Virus record (IMG/VR): IMGVR_UViG_3300012041_000031
Span: 1 to 44,325 of that record
Length of the DNA: 44,325 bases
Direction: 5' to 3' (one strand)
Origin: a virus
Lineage: Duplodnaviria > Caudoviricetes
The translations under genes and the position numbers were made by a program. Shown here one piece after another: positions 38,470-44,325 of this stretch. Each line of letters starts with the position of its first letter. Positions within the stretch are counted from its first letter, which is position 1. The notes below the pieces were generated by a model, which was not told the DNA's origin, ran no database searches, and was given only the letters and a program-made list of their open reading frames with translations.

Positions 38470-38955
38470 ATGATGTCTGACAAGCAATACAAAGAATTGC
38501 GCGCAATGATAGCTGAACTGCTGGTGCGCGTATCCGGTCCCGTCGCGACGAAGGCCGATGTTGAGGCGGCGGCACAGTACAGGCAAGGCGCGATGCCGGA
38601 TGACCAACGCGCGGTCATCGACCGCATGGTCGGCATGCACAACATGCCGGACAACGAAGCGACGCAGTTGCGCGAGAAGAACCTGACCGAAGGCGATGCC
38701 GCCTATCAGTCGCAGAACCACAACGGCAACGTGTCGCTGGCGGGGCTAGAAGAAGCAGACGCCGCTTACTTCGCTAACATGATGGGTCCGTACAAGGACA
38801 AGACCGGACAGGATCTGCGCTGGGCTGGAGCGATCGGTGGCACGACCGCGGAGATCAACGCCTTCCGCTCGTGGGGCGAAGCGTGGCGGAACAAGCACGA
38901 CCCCGCTGCCTACACCGGACCGCTGACGATTATCAAAGCGATGATGGGGGAATAG
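38470..38955 (+). CDS. Hypothetical protein (161 aa)
   Basis: AGGAGAGG RBS before ATG 38470; phage-like codon usage. Confidence 0.7.
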   Translation: MMSDKQYKELRAMIAELLVRVSGPVATKADVEAAAQYRQGAMPDDQRAVIDRMVGMHNMPDNEATQLREKNLTEGDAAYQSQNHNGNVSLAGLEEADAAYFANMMGPYKDKTGQDLRWAGAIGGTTAEINAFRSWGEAWRNKHDPAAYTGPLTIIKAMMGE

Positions 38956-38957
38956 CA

Positions 38958-39776
38958 ATGCGCCGTTTCGTTATCGCTGCGTTCGTCTTGGCTGCGACCA
39001 ACGTGAACGCGGCGACCGTGACGATCGACCTGCCGGGCTGCGCTACGCTCACGATGACGGGCGGTCCTAATTACCAGATCAACTGTGCGCAGCAGGGGCA
39101 GACGTGCACGGCGCAGGCGAGCCCGGCGAATCCTGCGGCTGGCACCATGCTCACGTTGACGGCCGCCTGCACACCGCCAGCCGCATCAGTCACGTGGCAG
39201 GCGTCGCGCGACTGCACAACGCCGACTGGTGGGGCAAGCGCCAACGTAGTCGAACCGGTTGCCCGCATATGCACCTACACCGCTACAGGCAGCGCAGGCG
39301 GGTCAGGGAGCGTCACAGTAAGCTGGCAGGCTGCGCCCCCTGTGGTGCCCCCTGCTAACCTGTGCGGGCAGTATGGCGACGTAGCCCATGTAGATCTGCC
39401 GTGGGGCGGCAACGTGCTAGCGGTGATGCGCCCGGACACGGTTGTCGTCGGTCGCTTGATCGTGCCCGCTGTTACGAAGGCGGGGCGGTGGTCGTGGGTG
39501 GAGTACGACGGCGCTCCAACTTTCAGGCTTGGAACCATGTCGCCGTATCCGTGCGACTTCCGGGGCTGGACGCCTGCCTCGTTCCCGACCGATCCGAGTG
39601 GGGTCAAGTACCCGATGGCGTGGGGTGGCGGGCAGACTGGCGACATCTCGTGGTCTCTCGGTACGCTTAAGCCGGGAGGGACATACTACTTCAACCTGCG
39701 CAATACGCAATTCGACGGGACTCCCTCGTGCCACGCCGAAACGTGCAACGCGCTACTGACGATCTCGACCTTTTGA
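38958..39776 (+). CDS. Secreted Cys-rich beta protein (272 aa)
   Basis: Signal peptide MRRFVIAAFVLAATNVNA; ten Cys; Ig-like N-domain; LKPGGTYYFNLRN. Confidence 0.75.
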   Translation: MRRFVIAAFVLAATNVNAATVTIDLPGCATLTMTGGPNYQINCAQQGQTCTAQASPANPAAGTMLTLTAACTPPAASVTWQASRDCTTPTGGASANVVEPVARICTYTATGSAGGSGSVTVSWQAAPPVVPPANLCGQYGDVAHVDLPWGGNVLAVMRPDTVVVGRLIVPAVTKAGRWSWVEYDGAPTFRLGTMSPYPCDFRGWTPASFPTDPSGVKYPMAWGGGQTGDISWSLGTLKPGGTYYFNLRNTQFDGTPSCHAETCNALLTISTF

Positions 39777-39989
39777 TACATCAAACGGATTGTCTTGTTC
39801 CTGCATCTCGCGGCGGATGCGCTCGGCTAAAGCATCCGACCGTGCGCGGAACGTGGCGGCGTCCTCCCACTGCTCGCCGCACTCGCAGGCGCGGATCGGC
39901 ACTTCGCCGCCGATGGCTTACGTGTCAGCCGCCATCCGCTGTTCATGTCGGCGGCTACCGCAGAACGGGCACGGCAGGTCGGCAAGCAT
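39753..39989 (-). pseudogene. YgiT/MqsA-type zinc-ribbon gene interrupted by in-frame TAA
   Basis: AAGGAG RBS; MLADLPCPFCG...ADT*AIGGEVPIRACECGEQW...; stop at 39918-39920. Confidence 0.65.
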
Positions 39990-40007
39990 TCTTGCTCCTT
40001 TTTAGTT

Positions 40008-40038
40008 GACAAGGGGGCCGAAGCCCCCCTGCCTTGTC
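40008..40038 (-). terminator. cUUCGg hairpin, weak terminator or processing/stability element
   Basis: Minus strand GGGGGC TTCG GCCCCC followed by TTGTC, right after the stop at 40040. Confidence 0.5.
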
Positions 40039-40039
40039 G

Positions 40040-40192
40040 CTACGTTCCGCAGGCTGCGCGCACTTCTACGCGCGCGATGTGGTCCGCCACTGCTTCGGCG
40101 TACTCATCGGGTGTTTCCACCCACGAGAAGTCGCGGTATCCCCATGCGCGCGCCGTGCGCTGCAATTGCAACACCCACGCAGGCGAGCGCAT
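40040..40192 (-). CDS. Hypothetical protein (50 aa, MRSPAW...)
   Basis: TGATG coupling to the upstream 29-aa ORF. Confidence 0.5.
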   Translation of the reverse strand: MRSPAWVLQLQRTARAWGYRDFSWVETPDEYAEAVADHIARVEVRAACGT

Positions 40193-40281
40193 CAGGACCA
40201 CCAACGGAGGATCCAATTCACCCACTCGTTGATAACGAAGGGGATCATTGGCAGTGCGACTATCATCAGCTTGCTCATCAT
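40192..40281 (-). CDS. 29-aa hydrophobic Trp-rich peptide (missing from ORF track)
   Basis: GAAGGAG RBS; MMSKLMIVALPMIPFVINEWVNWILRWWS. Confidence 0.5.
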   Translation of the reverse strand: MMSKLMIVALPMIPFVINEWVNWILRWWS

Positions 40282-40360
40282 GTGAAGCTCCTTCCAGTGA
40301 CAACACGGGGCCGAATCTAGCCCCCTAACATGCGCGGGGGATTCATGTCCGCGCATTCTT

Positions 40361-40648
40361 TCATCGCTCAGCGTAGGCAGCTTCGGATGCGGTCATTACG
40401 ATTGATCGCATCATCTTCCGCAGCTTGTCGTTCTCCGCAGAAAGCCGCAAAAACTCTTTCGCCAAAGAACCTTTAGCGTCTAACAGCGCACGCATGTTGT
40501 CGCGCTCAGCTTCTAGATTCTTGTACTGCTGCGCTACCAACTGAAGAAGAGCGTATATGTGATCCAGACGCTCTATCAGGTGATCATCTGTTGTCATAGG
40601 TTCGCTCTTTGATAAGGCTATGAGCTTCGTCGCTTGCGGGGCAGTCAT
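40361..40648 (-). CDS. Coiled-coil hypothetical protein
   Basis: Heptad-rich; start may be the later MTTDDH. Confidence 0.55.
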   Translation of the reverse strand: MTAPQATKLIALSKSEPMTTDDHLIERLDHIYALLQLVAQQYKNLEAERDNMRALLDAKGSLAKEFLRLSAENDKLRKMMRSIVMTASEAAYAER

Positions 40649-40814
40649 TCAGTGCAGGTGTTTTGCTTCTGAAAAGAAGCTCGCAGTAGGTTAGGGGTTC
40701 CGCGCCGGGTGTGATGAGCAGGTGCTCGCAATTGTGCGGACACAGACCGTGGTCGAAAGCGTACCCCACAATTATGCGCGCGTTTTTTATTTCGCCAACG
40801 ACTCGGTTATTCAT
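40584..40814 (-). CDS. Hypothetical protein
   Basis: ATGA overlap with upstream gene; CPHNCEH. Confidence 0.45.
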   Translation of the reverse strand: MNNRVVGEIKNARIIVGYAFDHGLCPHNCEHLLITPGAEPLTYCELLFRSKTPALNDCPASDEAHSLIKERTYDNR

Positions 40815-40996
40815 GGGTGTTTCAGTGCGGCGTTGATGCGCTCGCGTAGCGCAGCGTTCGCGTCGTAGGTATCACCGTCTGGCGTTGTCATCCAGAGTTC
40901 TTCGATGCCAGCATCCAACACCTCCTGCAGCAGCGCCTCTGCTTCCGCGAGCCGAGCTGTGAGGGCAAGGTACTCACCACCATTGACCTTGAGCAT
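40811..40996 (-). CDS. Hypothetical protein (61 aa)
   Basis: GGAGG RBS, TGATG coupling; ARLAEAEALL. Confidence 0.65.
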   Translation of the reverse strand: MLKVNGGEYLALTARLAEAEALLQEVLDAGIEELWMTTPDGDTYDANAALRERINAALKHP

Positions 40997-41196
40997 CACC
41001 CCTCCGTGAACCGCCGCTCGCCCGCGAAGATGGCCGCCGGCATACGCACGTTCCACCAACCGCCGGTGAACACGCCGACAGTTCCGTCGCGCTCCCGCGT
41101 AGTCAGGTACTCGCTGCCACGCTTCACTTCGCAGCGGTCGCCGTTCTCAGCCTCGACGACGTGATCCTCGATGCAGATTCTGTTCCACGTTTCCAT
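40996..41196 (-). CDS. Hypothetical protein (66 aa, METWNRIC...)
   Basis: GGAGG RBS, TGATG coupling. Confidence 0.7.
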   Translation of the reverse strand: METWNRICIEDHVVEAENGDRCEVKRGSEYLTTRERDGTVGVFTGGWWNVRMPAAIFAGERRFTEG

Positions 41197-41516
41197 CACC
41201 CCTCCCCCTGCGCCGCGCGGGCGGCCTGCTCCGCAACAATCGTGTCGATTGCCTTGCGCAAGTCGCGCTCGTCGGACTGCCACATGCCGTCCCAACGCGC
41301 GAAGCTGCAACCGTTCCACTCCTTCGGCAACCACTGCAAAATGTCGAACTCCTCGATGGCGCGGAACCGCAGCGCATCCGCGAGTACAGACTCCAGCGCG
41401 GCAACTTCTGCGGCACGCTCAACTTCCAGAAAGTCAATTGCATCGGCAGCCTCGCGGCACAGTTGCCAGCTATCGCTCTCGTCCGCGCGCAGCCGCGCGA
41501 TCAGGTCGTCGGTCAT
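41196..41516 (-). CDS. Hypothetical phage protein (MTDDLIARLR..EAADAI family)
   Basis: Common small early-gene N-terminus; DALRFR, DLRKAID. Confidence 0.7.
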   Translation of the reverse strand: MTDDLIARLRADESDSWQLCREAADAIDFLEVERAAEVAALESVLADALRFRAIEEFDILQWLPKEWNGCSFARWDGMWQSDERDLRKAIDTIVAEQAARAAQGEG

Positions 41517-41662
41517 GCGCGATCCTTGGCAGCCAAGAACGAAAGCGTGAACCACGCGATGGCCACGACGGTAGCCGATATTCGTCCTACCGTGCCGTGC
41601 GCAGACATGATGCCGACGCACCAGATGTTGCCCAAGAGCAAATAGAAGTCGTACCGTGTCAT
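41513..41662 (-). CDS. 49-aa membrane protein (missing from ORF track)
   Basis: ATGA overlaps at both ends; MTRYDFYLLLGNIWCVGIMSAHGTVGRISATVVAIAWFTLSFLAAKDRA. Confidence 0.6.
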   Translation of the reverse strand: MTRYDFYLLLGNIWCVGIMSAHGTVGRISATVVAIAWFTLSFLAAKDRA

Positions 41663-41901
41663 GGCGCGTCCTTCATGGCATCCGCCGCTGCGGCAATCGC
41701 ACGTCCTCGCGCCGGTAGCCCGATTGCATTGACTATGGACAACAGCAGCGCACGGAGTTTGTCGCGCTCGGCCTCTGCGCGCTCGGCGCGGGCCAGCGCT
41801 TGGGTCTTGACTTCCAGAAGGAACGCCTCACCATCTCGCAGCGCCAGTTCAGCCATCGCGAGGCGTTCTTCCAGTTCGCGTAATTCAATGATGGTAGTCA
41901 T
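41659..41901 (-). CDS. Coiled-coil hypothetical protein (80 aa)
   Basis: GAGGAG RBS, TGATG coupling; ARAERAEAERD. Confidence 0.65.
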   Translation of the reverse strand: MTTIIELRELEERLAMAELALRDGEAFLLEVKTQALARAERAEAERDKLRALLLSIVNAIGLPARGRAIAAAADAMKDAP

Positions 41902-42167
41902 CAGGCGCGCTCCTCTAAGAACCAATGCCACACGAAACGCCCGGACTGCGTTGTGCCAATGTACGCGTGCACCCCTGTCAGCGGCATGGGGTGCCCGGTG
42001 CCGACGCAGGTTATGGTACGCGGCTCGGGGGCGTTGGCGTCGTCGCACGTGACCCACAGGCACGGAACGCCATTCTGTATCTGCACGGTCAGCGGTTGCG
42101 AGTTACGCGGGACCATGACGATGTTCCGTTTCGAAATAGATAGCGGTAACTTCCATATCGTTATCAT
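41901..42167 (-). CDS. Conserved small phage protein (M..IWK..L...GTGH...YIGT...VWH family)
   Basis: Recognisable motif pattern; coupled on both sides. Confidence 0.75.
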   Translation of the reverse strand: MITIWKLPLSISKRNIVMVPRNSQPLTVQIQNGVPCLWVTCDDANAPEPRTITCVGTGHPMPLTGVHAYIGTTQSGRFVWHWFLEERA

Positions 42168-42337
42168 TAGTCATCGCTCCAGACGTAGGGGTTGAACACC
42201 GAGGTTCGTTCTTGCAACAGCATCAGCAGATCGATGTCTTCTTCCTTAGTCGTTGCGGGCACGTACTTCCGCACGAGCACCTTGAACTCCGCTTGGAACG
42301 CTTCGGCTTTGTCTAACTGTTTGTCAATGGTGGTCAC
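42167..42337 (-). CDS. Hypothetical protein (56 aa)
   Basis: GAAGGAG RBS, GTGA overlap. Confidence 0.6.
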   Translation of the reverse strand: MTTIDKQLDKAEAFQAEFKVLVRKYVPATTKEEDIDLLMLLQERTSVFNPYVWSDD

Positions 42338-42675
42338 GGGGTCTCCTTCAATGTAGCGGGATCGAACCACTCATCGCGCAGCAGGTTGCCGATGCGGTAC
42401 ACCTTCGTGTGATCGCTGTCGGCGCGAATGTGCTTACCCGGTAGGTCCTCCCACTGCGTGACACCGACTACCTTCAAGACCGAAGTGATGAAGCGCAGCC
42501 CATAAGCACCAGCGATGCGCTCCTTTGCTTCTTTGACATAGGCATCCAGCGCGTACCCGCCGAAGCCTTGCCCGCTACCGCCATACTCGAGATAGAGGAA
42601 GCACGTTAGGATGCCGTGGTCTTCGTAGCCGAGCATCGTGCTTTGGATGCGGGCGTTCTTGATCTCGCGTGTCAT
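42334..42675 (-). CDS. Conserved phage protein (NA.I.ST.LG.EDHGI.T family)
   Basis: GSGQGFGGYALD, VGV..WEDL.GK.IR, WFDP. Confidence 0.8.
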   Translation of the reverse strand: MTREIKNARIQSTMLGYEDHGILTCFLYLEYGGSGQGFGGYALDAYVKEAKERIAGAYGLRFITSVLKVVGVTQWEDLPGKHIRADSDHTKVYRIGNLLRDEWFDPATLKETP

Positions 42676-43136
42676 GCCCGCTCCTTTATCTGCGCCGCGA
42701 GCTCGGTCACTTCACGTTGCACATAGGCGAGGTCGCGGTACCGCTCTCCAGGCAGTATCGACAAACCCGGTAGTTGGAGCCCCGGCGAAAGGTCGTAGGA
42801 GTGCCCGCAGTCGAAGCCGAACCACCATACCTCCGGCTCGCCATCATTCTTCGGATGGCAGATACCACTACCCTCCGGATCGCCAAAGCACCGGTCGGCG
42901 TAAGTCAGTCCGCCGTGGCAATCGTACGGCGCATCTTCGTAACCCTTGCCAAAGTCCTGGTGCCCCTCAGGAACGGCGACATAGCCGCACCATTGCCCGA
43001 GTTGCATGTTGCGCCTGACCATGCAGAACAGCCCAGTCACCTCGTCGGTCCACAGCACCTTGTCCGGCTCGTCGGCCCAAGCGCCCGGTCCCCATGACTT
43101 CGCCTTGTCGACGTTGAATGTCCATTCGCGTTTCAT
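42672..43136 (-). CDS. Conserved phage protein (WCGYV..HGGLTY..WWFGFDC.H family)
   Basis: AGGAG RBS before ATG 43136; conserved Cys/His motif pattern, possibly metal-binding. Confidence 0.8.
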   Translation of the reverse strand: MKREWTFNVDKAKSWGPGAWADEPDKVLWTDEVTGLFCMVRRNMQLGQWCGYVAVPEGHQDFGKGYEDAPYDCHGGLTYADRCFGDPEGSGICHPKNDGEPEVWWFGFDCGHSYDLSPGLQLPGLSILPGERYRDLAYVQREVTELAAQIKERA

Positions 43137-43146
43137 GGCTGATCTC

Positions 43147-43383
43147 CTAAGTGCGATCGTTAAGGATTGACAGCAGGAGTTGAGTGACCGCCGCTGCCAG
43201 CCGCAAGCGATCCGTTCGTGATTGGAGCTGGGGTGAAGACGCGCGTACAGGAGTGCGATCTGGTATCGCCTCCAGCGGGATCGACTGCACCCCATTATTG
43301 GCCGCCTTCCTTCTCTTCGCCATTGAGGCGCGGAACTTCTCCAGTTGTCCGGGCTTCCACTTAGCGTTCTTTCTGGTGGCCAT
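43147..43383 (-). CDS. Small basic hypothetical protein (78 aa)
   Basis: GGAG RBS before ATG 43383; K/R-rich N-terminus. Confidence 0.6.
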   Translation of the reverse strand: MATRKNAKWKPGQLEKFRASMAKRRKAANNGVQSIPLEAIPDRTPVRASSPQLQSRTDRLRLAAAVTQLLLSILNDRT

Positions 43384-43385
43384 GC

Positions 43386-43682
43386 TTACTCTCCCAAGAA
43401 GGTGACTGCATTGACGCGACGGGTGTACTGCCCGAGCAGCTTGGTCGAGCCCCGAGCATCGTAGACCTCGATCGTAATGCCGACCTTGGCCCAGCGGGCT
43501 TCTATCAACGCGCCCATGTGGGCTCGCTTCGCGTCGCTGTAGTAGCGCCAGCGCAGAGCTTGCTTGCGCTGAGCATTCCACAAGCGATACGGGCGTAGGG
43601 TACCTTCTGATTTTGGATAGCGGCTGGTGCGTACACTATCTCTGTATGAGACTTTCATCCGTAGCTTCCTTTCATCCCACAA
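43386..43682 (-). CDS. Basic hypothetical phage protein
   Basis: RPYRLWN...LRWRYY...AH.GAL.E.RW...IEVYD...LLGQYTR; start may be MKVS. Confidence 0.65.
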   Translation of the reverse strand: MWDERKLRMKVSYRDSVRTSRYPKSEGTLRPYRLWNAQRKQALRWRYYSDAKRAHMGALIEARWAKVGITIEVYDARGSTKLLGQYTRRVNAVTFLGE

Positions 43683-43693
43683 GTAGGTGGTGA

Positions 43694-44325
43694 TTACTTC
43701 AATGCAGTCAACGGAAAAGCTGTTCCCTTATGAAACTTCATCCATGACTGCGGGTTGGCGGCGGCGACACTACGTATGCTGTTGTCTGCGCACCAGCGTT
43801 CCGCCAGCTTGCCCAACGTTACGACGACGCGCGGCTGTAGATCGTAGATGAATGATGCGTCTGTCGCAACGCCGTGCGCGTCGTATCCATTGATCCAATA
43901 CAGTTCGTTCTCTTCTATACCAGCATCCTCCAATTGTTGAGCCAGCCAATACGCACAACTGTTTTCACGGAATGTCACGTACGGCAAGCGGTGCAAGCGT
44001 GATCCGCTCAGCGCGGCATGTGGGCGCTCCGCCACTAGCAGCGCCACACCGGGGCGGAATGCCCCTGCACCGGGGCCACGGTTAGGCCAGCCCCCACCAG
44101 CCCCCAGCCCAGCCAAAGGCAGGCACGGCAAGCCCCACGCCAGTTCACTACCGGCCAAAATAGCCCCGCCACGGTCGCCAGCTAAGGGCCAAGCCACCCC
44201 CCTAGCTTGCTGGGGGTTGTTTGGGGGGCTAGCAGGGGCTAGGGCAGGGGCTAGGGCAGGGGCTAGGGCAGGGGGGCTACTGGCAGGGGCTAGGGCAGGG
44301 GCTAGGGCAGGGGCTAGGGCAGGGG
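43694..44325 (-). CDS. 5'-truncated ORF: (PALA)n linker plus uracil-DNA-glycosylase-fold-like domain
   Basis: Frame has no stop up to the window end; LLVAERP, ELYWIN, LQPRVVVTLGKLA, NPQSW match the UDG-superfamily motif layout. Confidence 0.5.
   Translation of the reverse strand, partial: PALAPALAPALAPASSPPALAPALAPALAPASPPNNPQQARGVAWPLAGDRGGAILAGSELAWGLPCLPLAGLGAGGGWPNRGPGAGAFRPGVALLVAERPHAALSGSRLHRLPYVTFRENSCAYWLAQQLEDAGIEENELYWINGYDAHGVATDASFIYDLQPRVVVTLGKLAERWCADNSIRSVAAANPQSWMKFHKGTAFPLTALK
44234..44325 (+). repeat. 12-bp tandem repeat AGGGGCTAGGGC (6 perfect copies, one 15-bp variant, one partial), G-quadruplex-prone
   Basis: Copies at 44234, 44246, 44258, 44285, 44297, 44309; runs off the window end. 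Confidence 0.95.

Noticed and set aside
39918-39920. Stop-codon reassignment suggested by the in-frame TAA
   Set aside because: TAA, TAG and TGA all terminate clear genes here (terL and capsid TAA, chaperone TAG, portal TGA)
38742-40326. Extra GGGGCTAG matches at 38742 (+) and 40317 (-)
   Set aside because: An 8-mer of this composition is expected a few times by chance in 44 kb, and neither lies in a clear depleted patch
40330-40360. Hairpin ATGCGCGG/CCGCGCAT as a terminator
   Set aside because: The stem is real but the U tract is poor on both strands, so function and direction cannot be assigned

Overview
The window is most of a high-GC (visually ~60-65%) tailed dsDNA phage genome or prophage, an HK97-fold siphovirus of a Gram-negative host (it encodes spanins). 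The + strand (56-39776) is one tightly coupled late operon. It runs terS, terL, an in-frame protease-major capsid fusion and portal. A ~14.8 kb block of appendage/adhesin-like genes follows (collagen-like, Ig-like, LamG, Gly-rich, Ala/Ser-repeat). After that come head-tail joining genes interleaved with two sialyltransferase/Maf-like glycosyltransferase paralogues, tail tube, chaperones with a -1 frameshift, tape measure and tail tip. The operon ends with a GT9-like glycosyltransferase, two SAM methyltransferases, an enlarged lysis cassette (GH19 endolysin, holin-like proteins, i/o-spanins) and a secreted Cys-rich protein. From ~39750 to the end, small early-type genes run on the - strand, ending in a 5'-truncated UDG-fold-like ORF and a 12-bp G-rich tandem repeat. 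The best candidates for new biology are: (1) a split-domain docking system, where two lectin-like proteins share a C-terminal module that may lack its last beta-strand and an Ala-rich scaffold carries exactly two copies of a matching strand; (2) a five-enzyme virion glycosylation/methylation set embedded in the structural operon; (3) patches nearly free of GA/AT/TC dinucleotides that share TAGCAGGGG; (4) an unannotated small ORF plus multi-stem RNA before the tail tube gene. All family calls come from motif recognition by eye; no searches were run.
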